DNA from: a virus
Lineage: Duplodnaviria; Caudoviricetes
Length of the DNA: 64,000 nt
Strand: one strand, 5' to 3'
IMG/VR virus record: IMGVR_UViG_2754412319_000001
Span: 15,344-79,343 of that record
Positions 37,189 to 45,787 of this stretch are shown here, one piece after another. The position numbers were made by a program, and so were the translations under genes. The notes beneath the pieces are model-generated. The model was given only the letters and a program-made list of their open reading frames with translations, was not told where the DNA came from and did no database searches. Position 1 is the first letter of the stretch, and each line of letters starts with the position of its first letter.

Positions 37189-37911
37189 ATGCGACTGTAC
37201 AACGGGGACACTTTCGAGCACGAAGGTTATACCTTCAAGGTTCAATTTGAACGCGACGACGACGTCGAGGAGCCGTGGAATCGCTCCGAAGGCAATGGCG
37301 TCGTGTCGGACTGGACGCGTCGCGATAAGCAGCCGGGTGAAGTCGTGCTGACGTCCGACCGTGGCATGTACCGCTACTACGACATCGCCAAGACCAACGC
37401 GATCGCTAAGCGCGATGGTTGGGGTTTGACTGAAGAGGACAAGGCCGAACTGGTCAAGCGCCTCGCTCAGAAGCGTGTGGTGCGGCGACCAATCGGTAAA
37501 CCCAGTCTTGAACATCATTCAGGAGGAGTCTTTAAGGTTAAAGGGGCGAATTCTGAAGTCGTGGAATTGCCGGGACGAGATCCTGGCAAACGTTTAACGG
37601 CTGGCGAAATACGGGCTGAAGCCGTTCGCCGCAATTTCGAATTCATGCGCCAATGGTGCAATGATCAATGGGAATACACGTGGGTCAAGGTGACTCTCGT
37701 CCGCATGGACGACGATGGCGAGCCGGTCGAAGACGAACGCTTCAGCGATAGCGTAGGCGGCGTCGAGTCGTACAACGACTACCACATGCAGGTAGCGCTC
37801 GAATGCGCAAACAACGTGCTTTCTTCGATTCAAAACGCACTATTGGACGATCAGAAGGAGGAGGTCGAACGCCGGCATTGGGCCGAGCGCGATGTGCCAA
37901 CTATCGTATAG
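37189..37911 (+). CDS. Hypothetical phage protein with internal low-GC segment
   Basis: Start MRLYNG; RBS AAGGG. Confidence 0.65.
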   Translation: MRLYNGDTFEHEGYTFKVQFERDDDVEEPWNRSEGNGVVSDWTRRDKQPGEVVLTSDRGMYRYYDIAKTNAIAKRDGWGLTEEDKAELVKRLAQKRVVRRPIGKPSLEHHSGGVFKVKGANSEVVELPGRDPGKRLTAGEIRAEAVRRNFEFMRQWCNDQWEYTWVKVTLVRMDDDGEPVEDERFSDSVGGVESYNDYHMQVALECANNVLSSIQNALLDDQKEEVERRHWAERDVPTIV

Positions 37912-37946
37912 TCAAAATGGAAGGAGAACCCTTTATCAAATAGAAT
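37899..37946 (+). promoter_or_regulatory. AACTAT-N3-ATAGTC box 27 nt upstream of TAGAAT; a second box overlaps the -10
   Basis: Boxes at 37899-37913 and 37931-37945; -10 at 37941-37946. Confidence 0.5.
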
Positions 37947-38073
37947 GGCATCTCTCTCAACCGACCGATGAACGTTGCGGGCAACAAACAGTTATACCCA
38001 ACTGCACGGTTAATATTTCAACAAAGAAATGATCATCTAATGTATGATCTTGTGATCGAAAGGTGACAGCAAG

Positions 38074-38307
38074 ATGGCACTGCAAACGGCAGCACAGAAG
38101 CGGAAGTTCGTGAAAGACCTCATCAAGAATGTGCAGGATGACGTGATGAAGCGCATCGAGCACATGCCTGCTGACTGGGACGGCGTCGAGCTGCGCACGT
38201 ACATCGGCACGAAGTTCGAGAATGAAAAGGATACCTTCGCATTGCGGGGCAACACCGCACGAGGCCGCGCCTTCAACGCCGAACTGTCGAGCAACCGCCA
38301 CCTGTAA
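38074..38307 (+). CDS. Hypothetical protein
   Basis: Codon-consistent ORF. Confidence 0.65.
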   Translation: MALQTAAQKRKFVKDLIKNVQDDVMKRIEHMPADWDGVELRTYIGTKFENEKDTFALRGNTARGRAFNAELSSNRHL

Positions 38308-38366
38308 ATACAAGAACACCGACGTACCGATAAGCTGGCCCTTGTCGTTGCGTCGCGGAATAAGAC

Positions 38367-38747
38367 ATGACCACCACCACCACAATCTGGACGGACGACG
38401 ACGAGCGTCTGCTGCGCGAACTGGCATCGCGCAAACAGGAAGTTGAAGCCCACCAGCGGGCGACTGTCGAAGCCGTCGTGAGCACGTTTGCTTTCCACAG
38501 CATTAGCGAGGCCGAGATCACGGACTCGTTGATCGACCGGGCTGAGCAGATCTGCCGCGCACTCGTGCCTTACCTCCCGCGACCCAGCGAAGCTGAAGCT
38601 GCGACCATGCGCAAAAAGGCCATCGATGCCATCGCACTCGGTCTCGGCGAATGTGTCAGGAATTTCCCGGCGTCCACACCGGTAGTAGTCCTGCACAACC
38701 TCATCGCGAAGGGATTGCTACCCGTCTCGATGAAGAGTCGTTCCTGA
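38367..38747 (+). CDS. Hypothetical protein
   Basis: Starts MTTTTT. Confidence 0.6.
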   Translation: MTTTTTIWTDDDERLLRELASRKQEVEAHQRATVEAVVSTFAFHSISEAEITDSLIDRAEQICRALVPYLPRPSEAEAATMRKKAIDAIALGLGECVRNFPASTPVVVLHNLIAKGLLPVSMKSRS

Positions 38748-38802
38748 TCGGCCTACTGGCAGGCTGATTTCCCTCAACCAAAACAAACCTGAAGGATTTA
38801 CG

Positions 38803-39210
38803 ATGGACACCACCACGAACAAGAACACCGCTGCTGCCGCGAAGAAGAACAAGGGCGGCAACGATGGCAAGTCCCCGCGCGCACTGCGCGGCGCGCCGAA
38901 GGCCGCGTCGAACTGGTCGGCCGCGGACGAAGCTCGCTTCCAGGAACAGCAGAAGGCGCGTGAAGCATTCGTCGCCGAGCGCAACGCGTCGCTGAAGAAG
39001 ATCACCGGCTTCCTGCTGGCCGGCGCGAAGCCGGTCCAAGTCGAAGCCGTGAAGGGCGCTGACGGCGCGGTCATCTCCGAAGGCTACGAGCTGCCGGTCT
39101 CGGCGACCGAGGAGCAGCTGCTGGCCAACCTGGAAGCGCACGGCGACGCGATCCTGACGTACCTCTCGAAGCACTACAAGCTGCAACCGACGCTGCTGAA
39201 GACGCAGTGA
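38803..39210 (+). CDS. Hypothetical protein, basic N-terminus, probably abundant
   Basis: Strong codon bias; terminator follows. Confidence 0.7.
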   Translation: MDTTTNKNTAAAAKKNKGGNDGKSPRALRGAPKAASNWSAADEARFQEQQKAREAFVAERNASLKKITGFLLAGAKPVQVEAVKGADGAVISEGYELPVSATEEQLLANLEAHGDAILTYLSKHYKLQPTLLKTQ

Positions 39211-39240
39211 TTCGCTGAAGCACCGTAGTTCATCGAACTG

Positions 39241-39274
39241 AAGCCGCATGGTTTAGGCCATGCGGCTTTTATTT
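39241..39274 (+). terminator. Rho-independent terminator
   Basis: AAGCCGCATGG/CCATGCGGCTT stem followed by T tail. Confidence 0.85.
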
Positions 39275-39293
39275 CGACTTTTCGAGAGAAAAC

Positions 39294-40196
39294 ATGGCCA
39301 AACAACAGTATGAAGACAAGCGGTTCAAGCAGTCGACCCTCGAATTAATCGCGATTATCAACGACATCGTTGACGAGTATCAAAGACAAGGTTACGTCCT
39401 GACAACTCGACAGCTGTATTACCAGCTCGTCGCGCGCGACATCATCCCGAACAACCTTCAGGAATATAAGCGAGCCGCGTCGATCATCAACGACGGCAAG
39501 CTCGCAGGCTTGATCGACTGGGACATGCTCGAAGACCGGACGCGTGCGTTCATCCGACGCTCGCGCTGGACGTCGCCGACGTCGATCATCGACGCCTGTG
39601 CGAACCAGTACCATCAGGATCTCTGGATTGGACAGTCGCGCCGTGTGTTCGTCATCGTCGAGAAGGAAGCACTGGTCGGCGTGCTCGAACGCGTCTGCCA
39701 TCGCTACGACACGCCGCTGCTCGCCGCGCGTGGCTACCCCTCGTCAACCGTGCTGCGTGAGTTCGCGTTGAGCGACATCATCCCGGCGATGCGCGAAGGC
39801 CAGCGTGGTCTCATCCTTCACCTGGGCGATCATGACCCGAGCGGAATCGACATGACGCGCGATCTGCTCGAACGCCTCCGCATGTTTGGGGGCCACTCGT
39901 TCGAGCTGAAGCGCATCGCGCTCAACATGGCGCAGGTGGAAGAGCTGGACCCGCCTGAGAACCCGGCAAAGTCTTCCGATGCTCGGTTCAAGTCGTACCT
40001 CGACCAGTATGGCGAATCGAGCTGGGAACTCGACGCGTTGCCCCCGCAGTATCTCGACCAACTCGTGTCGTCGCACATCGACGCGGTCATCGATCGCGGC
40101 GCATGGGACGTTAATAAGAAGATCATCGAAGACGCGAAGATGATGATCGGCAAGGCATCGAGCTACATCTCGGACGGTTGCCCTGACTATGAGTGA
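39294..40196 (+). CDS. Spo11/topoisomerase VI-A-like WHD-Toprim protein
   Basis: LTTRQLYYQLV winged helix with Tyr; VEKEAL, ARGYPS, GDHDPSG (DxD), RIALN, WELDAL. Confidence 0.75.
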   Translation: MAKQQYEDKRFKQSTLELIAIINDIVDEYQRQGYVLTTRQLYYQLVARDIIPNNLQEYKRAASIINDGKLAGLIDWDMLEDRTRAFIRRSRWTSPTSIIDACANQYHQDLWIGQSRRVFVIVEKEALVGVLERVCHRYDTPLLAARGYPSSTVLREFALSDIIPAMREGQRGLILHLGDHDPSGIDMTRDLLERLRMFGGHSFELKRIALNMAQVEELDPPENPAKSSDARFKSYLDQYGESSWELDALPPQYLDQLVSSHIDAVIDRGAWDVNKKIIEDAKMMIGKASSYISDGCPDYE

Positions 40197-40785
40197 GATC
40201 GTCGATCTTAAAGTCGAGCTGGAAGAGCTGATCGCACGTATCAAGGACCGTATCGAGAACTTCGGCCAGTCCGACGCGTGCTGGCCGTGGAAGGGTGCCA
40301 AGACGAAGGCTGGTCCCCGCTTGAAGATGGCGCGTACAAGCGATATGGTTCCCTTCTACCAGCCTGCCGTCGTGACCTCGTACGGGCTTGTGAAGATCGG
40401 CAAGGGAAGGCGAAAGGTGGTCCACAAGATCGTCTACGAGTGGGCCACCCCCGACGTTGCCAAGTCCGACAGGTACAGGCTCGTGAACGAATGCGGCAAC
40501 ACGCTGTGCTGCAACTACACGCACTGGCGTTTCATCGACAACGGCCCGCCGACGCATACGGAAGGGGAAGGCACCCCGGACGCGAAGGCCGTGCTGAAAG
40601 AAGCATGTGTCGAGCTGCTGGAATCCATGCTCGCGGTGACTCAACCTCGTTCCTTACCGGACGTGATGAACCACCCGTACATGGTCGATTTTCAACCCGA
40701 GCTGATAAAGGAGGTACTACGTGACATCGGAAAAGGGCACCTTGTTGAATCCGCCGCAGGTGATACAGGTCCAGCATCTGGATGA
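40189..40785 (+). CDS. HNH/His-Me finger endonuclease-like protein, possibly inactive
   Basis: CWPWKGA...YG...VHKIVY...CGNTLCCNYTHW. Confidence 0.65.
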   Translation: MSEIVDLKVELEELIARIKDRIENFGQSDACWPWKGAKTKAGPRLKMARTSDMVPFYQPAVVTSYGLVKIGKGRRKVVHKIVYEWATPDVAKSDRYRLVNECGNTLCCNYTHWRFIDNGPPTHTEGEGTPDAKAVLKEACVELLESMLAVTQPRSLPDVMNHPYMVDFQPELIKEVLRDIGKGHLVESAAGDTGPASG

Positions 40786-40936
40786 CCACATGGAACCGAA
40801 GTATTTCACCCATGAACGCGTGCTCGATGCGTGGGTGCGTACCATGAGGACGCTGGAGAAACTGCGCGTCATCAAGACCTTCTTCGTCCTGCCGGTCGGC
40901 TACATCCCGGAAGGCGCGAAGATCGAGATGCGATAG
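40721..40936 (+). CDS. Small hypothetical protein
   Basis: GTG start after GGAGGT. Confidence 0.55.
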   Translation: MTSEKGTLLNPPQVIQVQHLDDHMEPKYFTHERVLDAWVRTMRTLEKLRVIKTFFVLPVGYIPEGAKIEMR

Positions 40937-41236
40937 ATGGAAGTCATCGTCTATCGCGCCGAGAGCGGCAAGTTGCGCGACGTCGTTGACGTCGCGCTCG
41001 TTGTGCTCCTTCAGGTCGACATCAACGCCTTCGTCGACCTGAAGGAGAAGTACCTGCCACACGGGCTGAAGCAGGCGATACGCATGCCTGATCACCCGTT
41101 TTGGCAGGACGAAGGATTGCGGATGTGGGAGGAGATAAAAACCCTTGTCAACGCACGTCTCGATCCTGGATACTGGTTCGGGCAATCGCTGGAGACGCCC
41201 GCTGAAGTTGGAATCTTCCGTACGGAATCAGAATGA
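40937..41236 (+). CDS. Hypothetical protein
   Basis: Directly coupled ORF. Confidence 0.6.
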   Translation: MEVIVYRAESGKLRDVVDVALVVLLQVDINAFVDLKEKYLPHGLKQAIRMPDHPFWQDEGLRMWEEIKTLVNARLDPGYWFGQSLETPAEVGIFRTESE

Positions 41237-41499
41237 ACACCACCACCACTGAGGCAAGACCTCACCCGCTGGCCAATGTCCCCAAAGCAGTCGACGCACT
41301 GATCAAGACCGGAGAAGCGCTCCGAAAATTCGCGAACGTGAAGGTCGCCGACGACCACGGCAAGGAATCCCCGATTTCGCGCGACACGTGGTACTCGGCC
41401 GTCGCGAACACGATCAACTCCGGCCTGCTGGACAAGAAGCAGATCGCGCGTCTGAAGCGCCTGCGTGATGAACTCCGTCGCACGAAGGTGAAGGCATGA
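41233..41499 (+). CDS. Hypothetical protein
   Basis: ATGA coupling. Confidence 0.65.
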   Translation: MNTTTTEARPHPLANVPKAVDALIKTGEALRKFANVKVADDHGKESPISRDTWYSAVANTINSGLLDKKQIARLKRLRDELRRTKVKA

Positions 41500-41705
41500 G
41501 TCAATCACCACTGGCTCGCAACCTCGCGATCGTCGCCGCGGCACACGAAGCCGCCGAGAACGATCGGATGCGCCGGGAATTCGAGCAGCACGAATGGCTC
41601 GAAGGCCTGTCCCTCGAACGCGACCCGAAGGACGACGGGTACATCAACTCTGAAGTGCACCGCTACTGGACCTTCTGGCGCGACGGGTGGAGGGCAGCGA
41701 CGTGA
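41496..41705 (+). CDS. Small hypothetical protein
   Basis: LERDPKDDGYIN...YWTFWRDGWRAA. Confidence 0.6.
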   Translation: MSQSPLARNLAIVAAAHEAAENDRMRREFEQHEWLEGLSLERDPKDDGYINSEVHRYWTFWRDGWRAAT

Positions 41706-41965
41706 TGACTCCCGTCAAGACTGCGCGCACGACCCACGACCTTGGCCGGCCGGCAGGCTGGAGCGAGGAGCGCGATGGTAAGTGCATGTCGCTACCCGTC
41801 GTGCGCGACAACGAGCAGAACGTCTGGATGTCTTACTGGCAACCGAGTCAGGAGGATGTCGAGAAGCTGCGCAACGGCGCGATGATCAAGCTGACCGTGT
41901 TCGGAATCGGTCAACCGCCGGTTGCAATCGAAGTACCGGAAGAAATCGTGCTGTATGCAGGCTGA
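41705..41965 (+). CDS. Hypothetical phage protein
   Basis: LGRPAGWSEERDGKCMSLPV...SYWQPS. Confidence 0.65.
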   Translation: MTPVKTARTTHDLGRPAGWSEERDGKCMSLPVVRDNEQNVWMSYWQPSQEDVEKLRNGAMIKLTVFGIGQPPVAIEVPEEIVLYAG

Positions 41966-42081
41966 GCAGTAAAGCCTCGCGGTAAGCGTGTCACCACCAC
42001 GCATCCCGTAAAGGCTCACCGTAGTAGAGCGGGTGCCACCACCACCTGAACATAAACCTTCAATCTATAAGAGATCGAAAC

Positions 42082-42309
42082 ATGAAATCTGGCTACACGT
42101 CTGTGACCTCGTCGCAGATCTCCGCATTCGCCTATAACGAACAAGATCAGCGGCTCAACATCGTCTTCGTCAAGAACGGCGACGAGTACCAGTACAGCAA
42201 CGTACCGAAGGAAGTCGTCGACCAGCTGGTCGCGGCCGACTCGTTCGGTTCGGCCTTCAGCGGCCTCATCAAGAAGCACCCGACCCGTTTCCCCTACATG
42301 AAAGTCTGA
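42082..42309 (+). CDS. KTSC-domain protein
   Basis: SSQISAFAY...LNIVF..G.EYQYSNVP......L..ADSFGSAF. Confidence 0.85.
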   Translation: MKSGYTSVTSSQISAFAYNEQDQRLNIVFVKNGDEYQYSNVPKEVVDQLVAADSFGSAFSGLIKKHPTRFPYMKV

Positions 42310-42317
42310 GCCTTGCG

Positions 42318-42722
42318 ATGACGAAGGAGGAACGCGATCAACAGATCGCGGATCTCTACGTCGACGGCAAGTCGGCCTCGGCTCTCGCTCGTGATTTCGC
42401 TCTGTCGATTCCGTCGATCAGGGCGATCATCGCAGCCAAGGGGGTCAAGGCGTCTCAGCGGAAGAAGGTAGAGAACGCTGAACAACAGGGACAACCTGTC
42501 AGGCGCACGCTTGGCCGCACTCATGAGCGGCTTGGCGAAACGCTTGCGTTCAGCAGAGCGATCGAACTCAAACACACCCGAAAGGAAGCATCCGAACGGC
42601 TTGGTTGGACCGTTCATAAGGTCGCGGCCGTCGAGACCGGACGTTACGAAGTGACGCTGACGGATCTCATGGACCTTTCGGGATACACGAAGAAGCACGT
42701 CGGCGAATTGATACGGCTATGA
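42318..42722 (+). CDS. HTH transcriptional regulator (N-terminal HTH plus XRE-like HTH)
   Basis: IADLYVDGKSASALARDFALS; TRKEASERLGWTVHKVAAVETG. Confidence 0.75.
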   Translation: MTKEERDQQIADLYVDGKSASALARDFALSIPSIRAIIAAKGVKASQRKKVENAEQQGQPVRRTLGRTHERLGETLAFSRAIELKHTRKEASERLGWTVHKVAAVETGRYEVTLTDLMDLSGYTKKHVGELIRL

Positions 42723-43447
42723 AGGACCAACACAACGAGGAAGCAGACCACAAGATCGAAGTACGGACGTACGGAATCCACTGGAACGCTGAAGGCGTTG
42801 CGTACCTGCATCAAGGTCGCAACGCATCGAACTTCCTGTCGCTCAAGGCACCGTCCCCCTACGCGGTGGTGCCGGCGCGCAGGCTTGCATGCAATCACCT
42901 TTTCCCCGTGAGCGCGGCTGTTCCGGACCCGACGCACTGGAAGCAATTTCAGGCGCTGGCTCGGGACCCGCTGGTCAAGGCCATGCTGCCGATCCCGAAG
43001 GCAGATGGCGAGGCCGGGGTGTTCGTGATGGAGGACACGAACGATGAGATGACGCTGACGCTGCTCACGCTCTCGCGCATGAGCAGTCCGATTCAGCCGA
43101 TCGTGCGACCAATCTGGCACTTCTCGCCGAGCGACATCAGTGCCGAGCTGGAGCGTACCAATGTCCAGCCGCTGGTGCTGACGCAGGCGAACCCGAAGTA
43201 CCAGAAGGTCGTCGACACCATCATCGACCAGTCGGTCTATATGCCGCGCCGCGTGATCATCACCGGCACGTACGACGTGGTGGCCCGTAAGCCCGCCCAG
43301 CGGCTCAAGACGGGCCTGCTGGCCGGCGAGGAGGGGCTGATAGTGTCGCTGCCGCTCGAAAGCCTTGGCGTGGCCGTATTGCGGCGCTATGCGCGTCGCG
43401 AGGACATGCTTTCCGATCTACCGAATGCCCGAGGGAGGGCCGCATGA
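42719..43447 (+). CDS. Hypothetical protein
   Basis: ATGA coupling. Confidence 0.65.
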   Translation: MKDQHNEEADHKIEVRTYGIHWNAEGVAYLHQGRNASNFLSLKAPSPYAVVPARRLACNHLFPVSAAVPDPTHWKQFQALARDPLVKAMLPIPKADGEAGVFVMEDTNDEMTLTLLTLSRMSSPIQPIVRPIWHFSPSDISAELERTNVQPLVLTQANPKYQKVVDTIIDQSVYMPRRVIITGTYDVVARKPAQRLKTGLLAGEEGLIVSLPLESLGVAVLRRYARREDMLSDLPNARGRAA

Positions 43448-43794
43448 GTACCGCAGTCGAACTTCGGACGCAGATCGAGCGTCGGACCCAGGTCGACACC
43501 ACGTTCCGCTGGCGTGACCGCCACGGCGACAAGCACGATCCGGCGAAGATGGAGACCCGTCACGTCTTCAACACCCTGAAGATGATCTGGAACAACACGG
43601 TGCCGGCGTATTACCGCGTCGGCCGCAATGTTCGTCTGTACAGCTTCGGACCTTCGTACACGAAGGAGTACATGATCAAGGCGGTGTACCAGCTCGGTCA
43701 CGAGCTGACGAAGCGCACGCTTACCAGCGAGCAAATGAGCCTGCTGAGCAAGATGCACTCGTACTTCACGAGCGTGTCGGGGTTGCTGACCTGA
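43444..43794 (+). CDS. Hypothetical phage protein
   Basis: FRWRDRHG...METRHVFNTLKMIWN. Confidence 0.65.
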   Translation: MSTAVELRTQIERRTQVDTTFRWRDRHGDKHDPAKMETRHVFNTLKMIWNNTVPAYYRVGRNVRLYSFGPSYTKEYMIKAVYQLGHELTKRTLTSEQMSLLSKMHSYFTSVSGLLT

Positions 43795-43798
43795 TGCC

Positions 43799-43966
43799 TT
43801 ACGTGCCCGTCTGCTGAAGAACGATATGACCGCGCTTCCCGATGTTGATGAGCTTGTTGCGTCGGCCGCAGTGCGGGCAAAACACGTAGATGCCGAACGA
43901 GTCGATTCCGACTTTTTCGGCATCGAATGGAAATTCCAGATGGCACTTGATGCAAAGCCAATTCAT
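43799..43966 (-). CDS. 55-aa zinc-ribbon protein, antisense to the operon
   Basis: RBS AGGAGG; MNWLCIKC...FCPHCGRRN. Confidence 0.65.
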   Translation of the reverse strand: MNWLCIKCHLEFPFDAEKVGIDSFGIYVFCPHCGRRNKLINIGKRGHIVLQQTGT

Positions 43967-43998
43967 GACGACCTCCTGAACGGAGTGTAGGAACCGAA

Positions 43999-44286
43999 AT
44001 GAACGATAGGACAACCCTGGAGGAATGCAAGGTACTCCACGTCGGACAAGTGTGGCGCGCGAAGCGTCCTTCAAACGCGAACGGCTTCGTGAATGACAGG
44101 GTGATCATTCACATCAACTTCCTCGGCGCAATCACATACGACGGCCCTGCTGTTGGGATTGGACGACGCTATCCGATCGTGACCCGTGAGACATTTGAGA
44201 AGTGGGCAGGCCGACAGGTCAAAGACGAACTGCCCGAGAACGAGTGGCAACGTTGGGATTTTCGAGACAGGAGCAGGAACAAGTGA
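43999..44286 (+). CDS. Hypothetical protein
   Basis: RBS AGGA; VGQVWRAK. Confidence 0.6.
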   Translation: MNDRTTLEECKVLHVGQVWRAKRPSNANGFVNDRVIIHINFLGAITYDGPAVGIGRRYPIVTRETFEKWAGRQVKDELPENEWQRWDFRDRSRNK

Positions 44287-45728
44287 TGATCGAGAAGAAA
44301 GTCCCGCGCGAGCACCAGATTGCGGATCTCGCCTTCTACATCATGACGCCGCGCTGCATGAACTTGTCCGACCCGGCGACGCAGAAGACTGGCTCTGCTT
44401 GCATGTACACGCAGTACCTGTGGGACGAGCTGGGCTTCAAGTCGTACTTCGTCATGCCGATGTCGCTCCTGCGCAAGAACAAGGACGAACTGCTGGAATT
44501 CACGAACTTCCATCCTAGTGAGATCCAGATCATCGACGGCGAGGCGAAAAGGCGCGAGCGTCAGATGCGCAACGAAGACGCGAAGGTGTTCATCATGGGG
44601 TTCCAGCGTTTCTCCGACGACTGGCAGCGGTTGAAGCAATGGCACCCCCAGCTGAACGCCGCGATCTTCGACGAGTGGCACCTTGGCTACTCGGGCCACG
44701 ACTCGGGACGCACGCAGAACATGTACATCGCGATGCGCAGCATCGAGCGCTTCATGGCCATGACCGGCACGATCATCAAGGGCACGCTCGCGAGCGCGTA
44801 CCCTGCGCTTCAGGTGATCGAGCCGCGCTTCTACGGCACGTACGGCGCGTTCCTGGCACAGCACCGGCTTCAGGACGAGTATGGCACGACGATCGGGTGG
44901 CACAACCACCAGAGACTCGGCCAGATCCTTCAGCACGTGGCCGTGCGCCACACGTTCGAGGAAGTCCACGGTCCCGAAGCGAAGGTCATCGTCACCGAAC
45001 TGTGCGACATGTCGCCGAAGCAGCGCAAGGCGTACGAGGAGATGGAGCAAATGGCGCTCGTCGAGCTGGAAGACGAGTTTCTTGAAGGCCAGTCGCCTGC
45101 CGTCAACGCTATGCGCTGCCGGCAGATCATGGCCCATCCTGAGACCTTCGGGTTGGCCAAGGGCGAAACGACCGGCAAGGACGAGCGCCTGAAGATCCAC
45201 TTCGCGGACGCGGTCGTGTCCGGGGAACCGATCGCGGTGTTCGCCGCGCTCGTCCCCGAGCAGGAACGCATCGTCGCGATCGCGAAGTCGATGGGCCTGC
45301 GAACGGCGTTGATCAACGGCCACGTGTCGTCGACGCAGCGCGCGCGAATCGACGAGGCGTTTCGCCGCGGCGATCTCGACTGCGTGGTGGCATCGCCGGA
45401 TACGGCTGGTGTCGGCTTCAACTGGCACCATCTCGAAACGATGGTCTTCACGTCGCTCAACTACATGGACGACTCATTCGTGCAGGCCTATCGCCGAGGC
45501 ATCCGTGGCAAGCGCGCGCGACCGCTGCGGATCTACGTGCTGGAGTACCGCGATTCGATCGACCAGCGGATCATGCAGATCATCGAGAACAAGTCGCGTG
45601 ATGCAAACCTCGTCGACCCGACGAAGGAAGTCTTCAGGTTGTCGGAACAGCGCCGCCAGCAGGAAGAGGAGATGTTCGATTCAACCAAGGCCACCGATCG
45701 CAAGATCTCGATGGCTGAGTTCGCGTAA
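44286..45728 (+). CDS. SF2 (SNF2-like) helicase
   Basis: DPATQKT motif I variant, FDEWH, MTGT, AGVGFN, QAYRRGIR. Confidence 0.85.
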   Translation: MIEKKVPREHQIADLAFYIMTPRCMNLSDPATQKTGSACMYTQYLWDELGFKSYFVMPMSLLRKNKDELLEFTNFHPSEIQIIDGEAKRRERQMRNEDAKVFIMGFQRFSDDWQRLKQWHPQLNAAIFDEWHLGYSGHDSGRTQNMYIAMRSIERFMAMTGTIIKGTLASAYPALQVIEPRFYGTYGAFLAQHRLQDEYGTTIGWHNHQRLGQILQHVAVRHTFEEVHGPEAKVIVTELCDMSPKQRKAYEEMEQMALVELEDEFLEGQSPAVNAMRCRQIMAHPETFGLAKGETTGKDERLKIHFADAVVSGEPIAVFAALVPEQERIVAIAKSMGLRTALINGHVSSTQRARIDEAFRRGDLDCVVASPDTAGVGFNWHHLETMVFTSLNYMDDSFVQAYRRGIRGKRARPLRIYVLEYRDSIDQRIMQIIENKSRDANLVDPTKEVFRLSEQRRQQEEEMFDSTKATDRKISMAEFA

Positions 45729-45738
45729 GGAGGACGCG

Positions 45739-45787
45739 GTCTATCGTATAGAACCGGATTGTGTAGTTAGTAGGACGAAGGTACGAT
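45739..45787 (+). promoter_or_regulatory. CTAT-N3-ATAG box followed by promoter TTGTGT-17-TACGAT
   Basis: Box 45739-45753, -35 at 45759-45764, -10 at 45782-45787. Confidence 0.55.

Larger units (their letters stand above)
23740..37253. promoter_or_regulatory. Dispersed operator-like palindrome GGT(T/G)CAA-N-TTG(A/C)ACC, about 12 copies
   Basis: Copies at 23740 (16-bp variant), 23779, 24816, 25316, 26009, 26752, 28169, 29127, 30504, 32038, 35324, 37239. Confidence 0.75.

Noticed and set aside
23740-37253. The palindrome as a host LexA box or a parS site
   Set aside because: It does not match CTGT-N8-ACAG, GTTC-N7-GTTC or CGAAC-N4-GTTCG LexA boxes or the TGTTTCACGTGAAACA parS consensus; no ParAB genes seen
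39985-39999. GGTTCAAGTCGTACC near-match to the early operator (also AGTGCAACTTGCGCG at 32829)
   Set aside because: Two or more mismatches break the symmetry and both are inside codons; may be chance
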